Positions 1 to 12,600 of a stretch of 64,000 nucleotides of DNA are shown here, in pieces. Origin of the DNA: Lama guanicoe (Eukaryota); contig MU056756.1 in NCBI GenBank assembly GCA_013239625.1, forward strand, positions 682,001 through 746,000, written 5' to 3'. The notes beneath the pieces were generated by a model, which was given only the letters and a program-made list of their open reading frames with translations, was not told the origin of the DNA and ran no database searches. A program made the position numbers and the translations under genes. Every line of letters starts with the position of its first letter. Position 1 is the first letter of the stretch.

Positions 1-960
1 CGCTGAGCTGTGGTGGAAGGAATCTGGCGCCTGTTACAGACGGTGTGTGCAGGTCTGAGCCTGGCGGCGGGAGCGGCGGGCTGGGTGTGGGGCCTCCCGC
101 TCCTGCCGGGGACGTGGACGTGGCTCCTGGCTCGGCCAGCCCTCTGGCTGCAGAATGGTAGGAACTTGATCGAAGTTTTGTCCTCGAGCGCTGGACTCAG
201 CAGGCCACGCGGCCTTGCTGACGCGTGTCTGTCAGAGAAGCCGGGCTGGCCTCGCCCGCGGTTCTGTGGACTCAGCAGAAGCGCTTGGCCCAGAGCGGTG
301 CTGGAGGGTCAGTGCTCCATCTTCACCGCTTTTCAGTGGCGCTAAAATCAGACCCGTGCCGTTGGGTCCTGGGGTCTGCAGAGGACGCGGGTCTCTGTCT
401 GTGGCCCAGAGTCCAGGGCCTGGAGGGGCGGACGTGGAGCAGAGCCTGGGAGCCCGCTGGGCTGGCCGCCAGCCTCTGTTCTGGAAAAACGTTTAGACAC
501 GCTCCGCTCCGGTGACTTCACAGGAAGGAACGAGAGGGCGGCGTCCTGCCAGGCGCCGGAGATACCTGGGAGCTAGCCCGAGGGCTGCAGGGGGAGGCGG
601 AGCTGCCTCCGGAGTGTGGGTCCCTGAGCCTGTCTTTGCCCGGAGGAGAGCCAGGCCTCAGGGAGCATCTTCTGGTTGCCCTGGAGAGCGCCCCCTTCTC
701 CACCATTTGCAGGAGGAAGGGCGAGGACTCCCGGAAGGCGAGGAGGCTGTGTGCGCCTGCCGGTGATCCCGTTGGGGCTTTCTCTCCTGAGGACATTCAG
801 TGTTGTTTTGTTCTCATGCGTTTTTAAAAGCAAGTTCTTGCACTTACAAAAAGAAAACAAAACCCTGAGGAACAGGGGCTGGCCTCTTTACGAACGGGAA
901 CAGGTGCATGTGGTCACGTAACAAGCTGTGATGTGGCACCCGCCAGTCTGGAAATGACTT

Positions 961-1730
961 GTTCATTTGACGGATGTTTCGTGAGCACCTACCGGGTGGT
1001 GGGTCCTAAGCGTCCTCAGTCCCAGGACTAGGCAGTGAGCAGATGGACCAAGCGCTGTTCTGTGGGGCTGATGTTCTGGTGTTTGGGGGAGAAGAGAGAT
1101 GAGGAAAGCACACCGTACTTGAGATGAGGATAAAGGTAAAGCAGGAGGCGGGGCTGGGGTGCCGAAGGGGCGGGGCTGGGGACCCATGGCAGGGGCCAGG
1201 AGAGGCCTCGCTGGGAAGGCGGTACTGAGTGAGGATCTTAGGGTGAGTGAGTGAGCTGTGCTGACATCCACGCAAGAGCATTCGGGGTGGAAGGAACGGC
1301 AGGTGCAAAGGCTCTGTGGCAGGAATGTGTCTGGAGCAACGAGATGGCTGGGGGCTGTGGTGCTGGGACTGAGGAAGACAGAGCTTGACCTCAGGGAGGC
1401 AGCAGTGACAGAAAAGGGTGCAGGCAGATCTGACTTGTGTGTTTGTGGGCCTCCTGGCCGCTGTGTTGAGATGGTTATAGGGGAGAGAGGAGGGGGCAGG
1501 GAGGCCAGTTACGAGGCTTCTACAGTAAGTCAGGCAAGAGATGGAGGGTGGCCCTGGAGGGAGGGAGAGTGGCTTGTCAGATTCTGGTCGGTTTTGAAGG
1601 TGGAGCTGAGGAGATTTGCTGACAGATCAGACACTGCGAATGTGAGGGAGGGCGGAACTGGTTTTGTCCCGAGCGGGTGGGAGCAGGAGGCTCAGGCAGG
1701 GAGGCCGAGGTGGCCTTCACAGTGGAGCTG
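961..1730 (-). mobile_element. LINE-2 (L2a-like) 3' fragment
   Basis: Reads like antisense L2 3' end: ttcatttgacggatgtttcgtgagcacctac, gaaggaacggcaggtgcaaaggctctg, ttttgaaggtggagctgaggagatttgctga. Boundaries approximate. Confidence 0.75.
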
Positions 1731-2111
1731 GTGACACTCGTTTGTGAGAACATTTACTATCTGCTTTCTCAGCGTGTTTCAGATACGCAGTCCAGCATCA
1801 CTGACTGTAGTCACCACAAGTACATCACATCCCAGGACTTAGGAGTTTGTAACTGGAAGTTTGCACATTGTGTCCATCTTCATCCGTTTTGTACATGCCC
1901 CACCCTGCTTCTGGCAACCACCAGTCTGCTCTCTGTATCTATGAACTTGTTTTGTTTTTTAAGCTTCCACACAGAAGTGAGGCATACGTATTTGTCTGTC
2001 TCTTTTTGACTTATTGCCTTAGCTTAGTGCCTGCAGGGTCCATCCCTGTTGTTGAGAATGGCTGGATTTCCTTCTTTCTCATGGTTGAGTAATATTCCAT
2101 GGTGACTATGC

Positions 2112-2138
2112 GTGTGTGTGTGTGTGTGTGTGTGTGTG
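2112..2138. repeat. (GT)13 microsatellite inside the L1 3'UTR
   Basis: Directly visible. Confidence 0.95.
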
Positions 2139-2693
2139 AATCACATCTTTCTCCATTCATCAGTCAGTGGACACTTGGGCTGTTTCCATGTCTTGGCTGT
2201 TGTGAATGATGCTGTGATGAATGGAGGTGGTGCACATATCTTTCTGATACCCTGTTTGGATAAATATCCAGACAAGGGATGGCTGGATATGATGGCAATT
2301 CTATTTTTAATTTTTTGAGGCACCTCCATACTGTTTTCCACAGCGGCTGCACCAGTTTACCTTCCCACCAACAGTGCAGGAGGTTCCCTTTTCTCCACAT
2401 CCAACCGACACTTGTTACCTCTCGTCTCTTTGATGACTGCCATCTGACAGGTGTGAGGTGTTAGCTGATCGTGCGTTTGATTTGCATGCCTGATAATTAG
2501 ACTGAGCATCTTTTCGTGGACCAGTTGACCATTTGAATGTCTTCTTTGGAAACATGTCTATTCATCTCCTTTGCCCATTTAAAAAATCAGAGGAGCTGTT
2601 TTTTTTGGCTCTTGAGCTGTATGGATATTTTTTGTATATTTTAGACGTTATCTCCTTACTAGATGGTTTGCAGGTAGGTCCCCCTTCTGCAGG

Positions 2694-2823
2694 NNNNNNN
2701 NNNNNNNNNNNNNNNNNNNNNNNNNNNNNNNNNNNNNNNNNNNNNNNNNNNNNNNNNNNNNNNNNNNNNNNNNNNNNNNNNNNNNNNNNNNNNNNNNNNN
2801 NNNNNNNNNNNNNNNNNNNNNNN
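2694..2823. other. Assembly gap (130 N)
   Basis: N run. Confidence 0.99.
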
Positions 2824-4007
2824 CGATGTCAGGGACTTGACCACCTGTATTTTCTTCTAGGAGATGTGTGGTTTCAGGTCTTACATTCAGTCTCTAATGT
2901 TTAATCCATTTTGAGTTAATTTTTGTTTACAGTGTAAATAGTGGTCCAGTTTCTTTCTTTTGCACGTAGCTGTCCAGTGTTCTCTCCACTCTTCGGCGAA
3001 GAGACCATCCTTGTCTTATTGTGTATCCTGCCTCCTTTCTTGTAGGTTAATTGGCCATGTGAAGTGTGGGTCTGTTTCTGGTTTCTCTGTCCTGTTCCGT
3101 TGGTCTGTGTGTCTGTTTGTGCCAGTGCCACACTGTTCTGATTACCGTGGCTTTGTAACACAGTCTGAGACCAGGAAGTGTGATGCCTGCGGCTTTGTTC
3201 TTTCTCAGGATTACTTTGACTATTTGGGGTCTTTCGTGTTTCTATACACATTTTAGGGTTGTTTGTTGTATTTTGGTGAAAAAAGCCATTGAAATTTTGA
3301 TAGGTATTGCACTGAATTTTTGTACTGCTTTGGGTAGCATAGGCATTTTAACAGTATTAATTCTTCAAATCCGTGAGCACGGAAAATCTTTCCATTTACG
3401 TGTGTCTCCATTTTCTTTCATTAATGTCTTGTAGTTTTCAGCGTATAGGTCTTTTATCTCCTTATTAAAATTTTTCCCAGATTTCTTCTTTGTGATGCAG
3501 TTGTAAATGCGGTTAGTTTCTTAATTTCTCTTTCTGATCGTTCATTATTAGCGTATAGAAATGCAGAAGGTTTTTGTATATTGATTTTGTATCTTGCAAT
3601 GTTACTGACATTGTTCATTCTAACAATTTTTTGGTGGAATCTTTAGGGTTTCCTGTATGTAATATTGTGTCATCTGCAAAGAGTGACAATGTTACTTCTT
3701 CCTTTTGGTTTGGATGCTTTTTATTTCTTCTTCTTGTCTGATTGCTCTGGATAGCACTTCCAATACTATTTTGAATGAAAGTAGTGAGAGTGGGCATCCT
3801 TGTCTTGTTCCTGATCTTAGAGGAAAGGCTTTCAGCTTCCCCTTCTTGAGGACGGTGTTGTCTGTGGGTTTGTCTAGGTGGCTTTTATGTGAGGTACAGT
3901 CCCTCTGTACTCACTGTATTGAGAGTTTTTATCAGATGCTTTTCCTGAGTCTGTTGAAGCGGTCCTACGACTTTTACCTTCGTTGTTTTAATGTGGTGTA
4001 CCACACC

Positions 4008-4158
4008 NNNNNNNNNNNNNNNNNNNNNNNNNNNNNNNNNNNNNNNNNNNNNNNNNNNNNNNNNNNNNNNNNNNNNNNNNNNNNNNNNNNNNNNNNNNNN
4101 NNNNNNNNNNNNNNNNNNNNNNNNNNNNNNNNNNNNNNNNNNNNNNNNNNNNNNNNNN
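4008..4158. other. Assembly gap (151 N)
   Basis: N run. Confidence 0.99.
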
Positions 4159-4197
4159 TCTGGCATCTTTGTATTCTGCAGCTTTACTGAGCTTTAG

Positions 4198-4410
4198 TGG
4201 ATACGTGCGGAACATTCCATCCAAAAGTAGCAGAGTGGACTTTCTTGTAAAGTACACGGGGAGCATTGTCCAAGATAGATCACAAGTTTGGTGACAAAAC
4301 AAGTCTTGATAAATTTAAGAAGGTTGAAGTTGTATCAAGCACGTTTGCCTCCCACAATGGGGTGAAACCACAAGTCAAGCATAGACAGAAGACGGGGAAA
4401 TTCGTGGAAG
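4198..4410 (+). mobile_element. LINE-1 ORF2 endonuclease fragment
   Basis: SKIDHKFGDKTSLDKFKKVEVVSSTFASHNG resembles the L1 EN C-terminus SKIDH...SDHNG. Confidence 0.85.
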
Positions 4411-4781
4411 GCGCCCATCCCTGCCGCGTGGCTGCTGCCGCCGCACTCTCCATGCGTCTCTTGTGCCGCCCCCTCCCTGTTTCCACCGTCATCGGGGCCA
4501 CGAGCCTCGGCTCCTGCCCAGTATCATCCTGGGGCAGCCTCCCTCTACCTGGCCCTCCTCCCCGATGCCCTGTCCACCTGATGCCACTATGACCTTTCAA
4601 AAAGGCGACTGTGGCCACAGCAGTCCCCTGATCAGACACCTTCTGTGGATGCTCTCTGAGCCTGGACAGGCCCCCATAGCAGGCTGGCCGCCTCTCCCTG
4701 CCCTTCCCTCCATCTTCCGCAGGAAGGCGCTCTCTGCTCCTGCGCTGGGGCTGTGCTCCGGCTTGGTCCTCCTTCCTCCTG

Positions 4782-4859
4782 TCCTCGGGGTGTCTCACCC
4801 CCCCGCAGCAGGGATGGCCGTCCTCAGGGTGCCTCACTGCCCTGCAGCAGGGACGGCCG
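4782..4859. repeat. Two-copy 39-nt tandem duplication
   Basis: tcctcggggtgtctcacccccccgcagcagggatggccg followed directly by tcctcagggtgcctcactgccctgcagcagggacggccg. Confidence 0.85.
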
Positions 4860-6566
4860 TGAGGGAGAGGTGATTGCGGGTGCTGTCTGGACATGTGATG
4901 AAAAGCTCCACTGAACTTCCGGGGGACAGTGGCTTCGTCTGCAGCAACTGGTGTAATTAAGCATCGCATGGCACTCTTCGTTCTCTGTGGAACATTCAGC
5001 TCGTTTCCCATAAATGAAGGGAACTCCTGCTGGGACTGAGCCCCTGGGCGGGGCCTCATTGTGGGGCACCCTTGACTTTGCACCAGGGGTGCAGCGAATG
5101 GCCCTGCGAGGAACGCCCAGGGATGGACTTCAGCCCCAGGGGTTCTCCCAAGTTGCTTCCACTCCTGAGGCTGGTTGTCCTCATGCATGAGGATGAGTTT
5201 TGGAAGTTGGAACTTGCTTTATGCGAGAAGTTGCTGGGCGTCTGGGGCCCCGGTGGAGGGGTGTCTCCTGCTTTCTCCCCTCCTCACTGCCTCCCTCCTC
5301 TGGTTACTTGGGGTGAGGACTCTGCTCGGTGTCCTTGGTCTGGGCCAGAACCGCCCTTTGCTGGTGTGCTCTGTGCCTGTCCTTGGATGGGGCACGTGTG
5401 ATGTGGGAAGTGACAGGGAGACCTGGACAGACTGGGTGTCGGGGGGCAGGCTCTCTGGCTCTGCTGGGAGGTCCTGACGCGGAAGTGGCACCTGACGCAG
5501 TGCTGGGCAGCGTGTGCCAGGAGCAGACCACGGGACCCTGACGTCCAGGCCTGAGACCCGGAGGCAGGTCACGTGTGTCACCTTCCTGGGAAGCTCCCGT
5601 CTCAGGAACGCAGTGTCCTGGGGATGCGGATGTGGGATGGAAAGTGTCCCTGAGCCTTGTGGTCTGCTTGAAACTCTTACGGGGTCGCGCACACAGACCG
5701 AGGTGCCCAGGCCTGGGTTCCAGTCCTGACTGTGCCACGTGGGCACGAGGGGCGTGCCCGTCGTCCTGCACAGGGGGGACCACCAGGACGGCCGTGCAGC
5801 AGTCTGGGTAGCCGTCCGGGTAGCTGTCCTGGCCCCTGGGCTCTGAGGGTGAGTTCTGGTTCTTTGATGTGGACGGTGCTTCTGCAGAGCTCGCCTTTCT
5901 CAGCAAAGTTTGCTTCCCGCCCCTTTTCTGGTGCAAACACTCCTGAACAGGGCACTTGGTCCACGGGACATTTTCCACGGAGCCGGGGAACCTGCCTTCT
6001 CACGACTTAGCTAGTGTCTCACTCGCTCTCAGACCCGGGTTTTCTGATCACGTTAAGGAAACAGGAGGGCAGAGGAGAGAGGAATCAAGGCGGGCCTGCA
6101 GAGGTCTGGCCCAGGCCCGAGGGCTTAAGAAAACAGCACATCCGTAATCCTCAGAAATTCGTTCTTCACTCAAAGCTGATGAAGATTAAGCTGAAGGAAG
6201 AAGAAATGCTGGGCTTCCGTCTTCGTTCGCCGCTCCGAGCACGTGCGAGAGGAAGCGGAGAGTTGAGGGCGTCGGGGCTGGAGGGGTCTGGCCAGTGAAC
6301 CCCAGGTGCATGAGTTAACTCCTGGCGCGGGTCTGGGTGGCGTCTTGCTCTGGGAGCTCTGTGCCGCGCTCTGCCCTGAGCCTTATTTTAAGGTTTACAG
6401 CCTTTCCACTATTAGGTGGCAGTTCTTCAATTGCAGCTGTGAATGAAGTCCAGCCTCTTTCCTCAGGTGGTCGGTGGGCGTCCCCCCACTCACCCCTGAT
6501 GGCGTGTCTCATCCTCACAGGGTCCTGGCTCCTCTGAGGCCCAGGAGCCAGGTGGACGGCGGCGAC

Positions 6567-6603
6567 ATGGACCAGCCAGGACCGCCCACTCCCACGGCAG
6601 AAG
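6567..6603 (+). CDS. ARHGEF10: ARHGEF10 exon 2, coding part (exon starts 6521; 5'UTR 6521-6566): [12 protein letters not shown]
   Basis: Acceptor ctcacag|6521; strong Kozak context GACATGG; donor AAG|GTAACG, phase 1; resembles human MDQREPLPPAPAE. Confidence 0.88.
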
Positions 6604-9600
6604 GTAACGGCGGGTCACGGCGGATGGGGGCTCTTTCCTGGGACCCCAGGCTCTGGGAATCACTGAGTTGCTGCGGCTGGGTTGGGGCATGGGGTGGGCA
6701 CTCCTGGGGATGGGGGATCTGGGCAGACGCTGAGGGGGAGCCCTGGTGCCCTGTGCTCTCAGCCTGTGCCCCTCACTTTGGGGGCATCCTGGCTGAGTCC
6801 CCTCCTCCCTGCAGTGCACAGGCCAGTATCTAGAGTCCCGTATGTTTACCTCAACATCAGAAGCCCATCTGGGTTGGGGGAAGGGTGGACGACTTCCTGG
6901 TTCAGAGACTAGATTGAGGCCGGACGCAGCTCGCCAAACACGTGTGCCTGTGGCCGACCGGGCACCTGCTGGCTGAGCTGCTCGCAGGTCCNNNNNNNNN
7001 NNNNNNNNNNNNNNNNNNNNNNNNNNNNNNNNNNNNNNNNNNNNNNNNNNNNNNNNNNNNNNNNNNNNNNNNNNNNNNNNNNNNNNNNNNNNNNNNNNNN
7101 NNNNNNNNNNNNNNNNNNNNNNNNNNNNNNNNNNNNNAAAGGGGGGTGCACATTGGAGTGTCCTGTTGTCCCCTCCCTAGAGCAGAGTCATCACCGGAGA
7201 TACTAGGGGGAAGCCGCACACACAGCCCACTGGCCTCCCCCTCCAGCAGGGTTTCCCGGTTTCCGGGCACTCCAGCCTGCTCTCACGGCAGCTTCATCCA
7301 GTGTGAGTGGCTGGCTCTGGGGTCTCAGGCTAGATCCCGCTGTGATTGTTTTGACTGCAAATGAGGCAGACGGACAAGCACCGGTTTTCATCCCCATCAG
7401 AGCGCCGATGCCTGGACAGTGCCTGAAGCGTGTGTCCTCCTGTGGCCGCTGGGGGACGGGCCTGCGTCCCCTCAGCCGCTGTCTGCCTGCTGGACCCGCC
7501 TCCTGGGACAGGCTGTGCGCTTGCAGAGCGCGGGGGAGGCCGAGGGCACTGGGCCTGGGAGCGGACTCCCCCGCGGCCGCCCTCCGCCTCTTCCTTCCTG
7601 GCATTTCACTCGAACGGGCCGCTGTCGCTTTCCCGTCTCTCAGGGGCAGCAGCTGTGAGCTCGGGTGTTTCCCTCCCCTCCCCTCGGCCCTGGGCAGGAT
7701 GGGGCGGGGGGCTGCGGGGCCCTGAGGTGCTGGGGGCGTCACAGCTGCTGGGGGAGTTGTGTCCAGGACCGGATGACGTCCAAGCGGCTCAGATCTGGTG
7801 GCAGGTGTCTGCCGTCCACAGGGGCCACTCCTGCCCTTCCCTTGTTGCACGTGTCCAGGTGCGAGCTGGCCAGTGTCCACTCGGCCTTCCAGTCACGCCC
7901 CTGGTTCTGCAGAGATGCCTGTCCACCCGGCCTGCGCTCCCAGAGGCACCTCTGTGCTCAGTCTCGGCGAGGAGAGGGCGCGGCCCAGCAGCACCGAGCC
8001 CTGGCGGGTAGGCCGGCGGGCACGGGGTTCACGGCCGGACACCTGTCAGGGGAGACGGGGCCAGGCCTGTGCCAGGCTCGGGAGGCCGCGTCCCCGATCA
8101 GCTGCAGCGATGAGACCATGTGCCAGGGGCCGGGGCGCCTACCGGGGTGGAGGCCATCCGGCTGCTTGTGGTGATGGTGGCTTCACAGAGCACCCGGCCA
8201 TGCACCTGACATTTACACAGTTTCTGTGTGTCACTCACACCTCAGTAGAGACAGAAAAGAACAGGTGAACGAGGGGCCCCACAGAGGGGACTGGAGGCGC
8301 GTCGAGGGTCCGGGCAGAGTTCATCGCGTTTCCCGCAAGTGGGCTCCGTCCTCTCCGCCCTGCAGGCTGCTTGCCGACCCCCACCCTGTCCTGCTCGCAC
8401 ACCAAGTGCTCCTCTGACCCAGATTCATGAGCGAGTCTGACCAGCAGGGCCTGCCGCTCACTTCTGGGGTGCAGCCAGTCCTGCCAGGCCCTCCACAGGT
8501 GACACCCCGACCCTGTCCCCAGACAGGGCCCCTCTTCGCTGGGATCTGACTCAGGGCTGGAGGAGGTGGGACCTTCTTCCTGGACCACTGTTCATGGTCC
8601 GCCGGGAACGCTTCCCCCGGGGGCCTGGGAGGACCCTGCAGGTGTGGGGGAGCCGAGGGTGCAGGTGCAGGGCTGTCTCCGGCTCCCCGGGCCGGTGGCC
8701 GTCTCCTGGCTGAGAGCCCAGCGCACAGCTTCTGACTTTGGTGCAGAGTCCGGCCACAAGGCAAACGTGTCAGTGCCACGTCTCACGTGCGATGGCACTC
8801 GGATGCTTGCGTGGTTTTCTGGGTAATTAACGCTTGTGCCCTTAGTGGCAGGGTCACGGCCTGGCGCGTTTTTTGATGATTCAGAGGTGCTTTAATTGTA
8901 ATTTCCCTCATTATTGAACTGAAACTGTCCTCTTACAAACGCCGTGGCGAAGGGGCTGGAAGTCACCGAGGTCGCTCCTCCCAGCGCCACTGGGACATCT
9001 TGGCACTTACATTTTGATCGGTTCTCTGGGTTTTCCTCGAGTTTCTACTCTGTGTGATCGCCACCGTTTGCTGTTCGTTTTCACATTGTTGACTGTGCGT
9101 CTCCATGTCGCGTATTTTCCACGTCCCTGGGAGTTTTCCCGGCTGTCATTTCTGATGGCTGCATAGTGTTCTGTCCGCAGTGTTGTTACAGGTGTGGGTG
9201 GGCTGTCCCGTGTCCATCTGTCACCTGTGCCTGTTCTAGGAGCTTCCTGGTGACAAGTCAAACCGTCAGGGTAGAGCGGGGTCTGGGCGCAGGTTGTGCG
9301 GCAGAGGACCCTGCGGGCTTTGAGGGCTCCGCACACGCGGTGCAGGAGCTGGTGATGGGCGCAGGCATGTGTCTCTCCAGCGTCAGCCCCACCCCTGGGG
9401 ACAGCGGAGCAGGTGCAGCCCTGTCCCCGCGCTTCGGGTGGTGACTGGAGGGGTCACGTCGGGCAGGCGCGCAGAGGCATGGCCAGCGGAGGCCCTCAGC
9501 GCCTTGGCGTAGGAGGGGCTCTGGGATGTGGACGTCGGGTGGGAAGGTGCTCCCGGGTCTCTCAGGATGCACAGGCCGCAGGTTGAGGTTTTAACGTCGC

Positions 9601-12600
9601 CACCAGCTAAGCCTCCCCGTGACTGACGGCAGAACTGGACGGCGAGTCGTGCCGGAGCCTGGTGGCTTGCCGCGGGCTCAGGCGGAAGCAGAGCAGCGGG
9701 CGGTGCGAGGGGGGCAGGCCCGTGAGGGCGGTGTCGCTGGGGACCCTGCCGTTCCAGCTGCAGCCGCGGTGACGCGTGGGCCGAGCCGGCCGTGAATGGA
9801 ACCTTGTTGGTGGGGCTGTTCGCGGCCTGCGGCTCCTTGCAGTGCTTCCTTTTCGTAACAGTAAAGGGAATTGCAAAGCAAGGAGCCTCCACTTGAAACA
9901 GAGAAGCATAGCGCGGATGAAGCGTTCACGCCCTGATCCGCTGTGGTCTCACGAGCCCCCCACAGTGCGCGCTGCTTTTATCTCCAAACTTGAGAGCGAC
10001 TCTTCTTGACTCTTCTTTCATTTCTTTAATGTGTTATTTTGTGACACGTCTGTAAAGGCTGTTGATGGGTCTGTAGCCATCCTGGGGGGCTGTCTGTGCT
10101 CAGAGGAGGGATGACCTGATGGGGCAACCTCCCCTCATCCGCTTCACCCTCTGTCTTGAGCCCTGCAGCCGGCGTGCTCCCCCGGAGGACGGAGGACCAG
10201 AGCCAGGCTGTGCTCACTGCCTGTCGTCTGGGAGGGAAGAGGGGGATGGGGACAGGGAGGGAGGGGGATGTGTGTCTACAGCTCTGGGGGGCCTGGGTTT
10301 ACACTTTGTTTGGGCCTCACGTGGATGAGGACGGGCGTGGGCATGCCTGGCCCCTGGGAGAGGGTCAGGACTGGAACTGACTTTACAGGGGGTGGGCAGA
10401 GTGAAGGGGGCCCGTCAAGAGGACAGTCTGCTGTGGAGGCCGTAAGAAACACCGCGGCCAGGGGGCTTAAACCACAGACGTCTGGTCCCTCCCAGTCCCG
10501 GAGGCTGGACGACCGAGATGACGCTGTCGCAGGCTGGTTCCTGAGACCTCTCTCCTCGGTGGTAGACGGCCGTCTTGTCCCATGTCCTTACGTGGTCGTC
10601 CCCCTGGGCATGTCCGCATCCTCACCTCCTCTTCTTGTAAGGACCCCAGTCCTATGGGATCAGGACCCACCCTAAGAGCCTCATTTCACCTTTACCACCT
10701 CTTTAAAGGCCCTGCCTCCAGATACATCGTGTTCTGAGGTCCAGTGTATGAATCTGGGGACACAGTCTAGCCTCACAGGGACTGAAAGAGTCTGCCAGCC
10801 GGTGGGAGGGAGTCGCGAGCATGCTGTGATGGTGCTGCCCCAGGAGGGTGGTTCCAGGAGGGGTCGTGAGAGCTCCTGGGGCTCCCGGCCTGGGCAGGGG
10901 GCGCGTTTGCAGCCCAGATGCCAGCCGTGGCTTGCGGGGCACAGAGGTTGGTGCTTGCGGCTCTGACTCTGGGCTGCTCCGCGTGTGGCCGTTGTGTCCT
11001 GGATCCCCATCCTGGGTGGGGTCTGTCCCTCCACACCACACTCCTGGCCTGGCTCCCAGACCAAGGGGGCCTGCACCTCGTCTGTTTGGTACCCCTCGAA
11101 CCCCAGAACCCCCAGCCGTGCTTGGCCACCTCCATCTCTTCTGTGCGTGGAATTGGGAGCCAGGTGTTTCAGAGAGGTGTCCTCCTCCGAGTCGCCCAGC
11201 CTGCCGATGACTGCTGAGTCCCATGTGCGCGGAAGCTTTCCATTTGGAGTGTCATTTGTCATTACAGATGCCCGGGGGGGCTGTGTCCTTGCCTCTCCCC
11301 GGCTTGAGTGTGGAAGCCTCGTCATCTCTGCCCTGTCAACTTGTGACCCCTGTGTGTCTCCGTGTCCCCCCCCTTTCTCACAGGGACATGGTCATGCTGG
11401 ATTGGGGCCCACCTGCTCCGTCCACGATGACTTCACCTGGAGTCCCTCTGCCTGGGAGGTATTCCCGGAGGTGGTCACCTTCAGATGGTAAACAGCCAGT
11501 GTAAACCAAACACCTTGCGATTTTGTATGCTCTTTGTCTCAGGGATTCTGTCACTGAATATTCATCTTAAGGAAATAATCAGAGATCTTTACGTTAGTAG
11601 ACTGTAAGAATATTTGTGAAGAAACGTCTTACACTAGAAAAATTGCTCAGATTACGACGCTCACACAGTGCGATACTGTGAAACCATTAAAATCACTTTG
11701 TTGAAGATCAGTCAGTAACGTGGGAAAAAGTTCCTGACATGCTAAGTTAACGTAAGTCTTTTTGAAAAACTGGGGTCTCTTCATGCTCGTCTGCTGGGAG
11801 GTAACAGACGCTGGTGAGGATGTGGAGAAACTGGAACCTTGTGCACGGCTGGTGGGGATGTAAATTGGTGCAGCTACTGTGGAGAGCAGCATGGAGGTTC
11901 CTCAAAAAAAAAAACCCAACAAAACTACCATGCGATCCAGCAGCCCCACTTCTGGGAATATTACGCCCAGAAGACTTGAAAGCAGGGCCTCAAACAGACA
12001 CTCGCGCCCCTGCGTCCGCAGCAGCGTTGTTCGCAGTAGCCGAGGAGGAAGCAGCCCAGGTGTCCGTCAGCAGTGGATGTTTGAGGAACTGTGGTCTGGA
12101 CACAGTGGAACATCACGCAGCCTTGAGAAGGAGGGAGACACTCACCACAGGGGTGGCCTCGAGGACACCGTGCTCAGTGAGAGGGACCCACATGAAGGAC
12201 AAGTCCCGTCTGATCCCGCTCACGCGGGCCCCTGGAGGAGTCAAGTTCTTAGACGGAAAGTAGGTGGGGGGGTGGGGGGCGAGGGGACGGGAAGTTAGCA
12301 TGTAACGGGGCAGAGTCCCAGTCTGGGAGGCTGGGCAGGTTCCAGAGACGGACATGGTGATGGGCGCACAGCAGTGCGAATGTGTTCGTGTCACTGACCT
12401 CTGCTTCAGGATGGTCGAGACGGGGGATTTGAAGTTATGTGTATTTTACCACAGTTTAAAAAAAGACCTCGGTTTTGATCATTTCATTGCTCCCTTCACA
12501 CGCACGCACACACAAGTGCGGTCTCTGGACCTACTGCAAGGGATTGGCACTTTCTTTGTGCTTTTCTACATTTTACAGATTTTCCACAATGAGTATATTG

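Larger units (their letters stand above)
1735..4007 (-). mobile_element. LINE-1 fragment (L1MA-like 3'UTR plus degraded ORF2 RT region), interrupted by an N gap
   Basis: Minus-strand ORF 3615-3797 gives [28 protein letters not shown] (RT FADD motif). 2164-2400 gives LLHCWWEGKLVQPLWKTVWR (ORF2 C-terminus). Confidence 0.92.

Noticed and set aside
1-950. ARHGEF10 promoter or exon 1 at the window start
   Set aside because: CpG density is not clearly above the high local background and no convincing first-exon donor or promoter structure is visible; most likely intron 1.
6521-6566. N-terminal extension through the open in-frame 5' part of exon 2
   Set aside because: The frame is open, but there is no upstream ATG in the exon and no resemblance to the longer human N-terminus as I recall it; exon 1 is outside the window.
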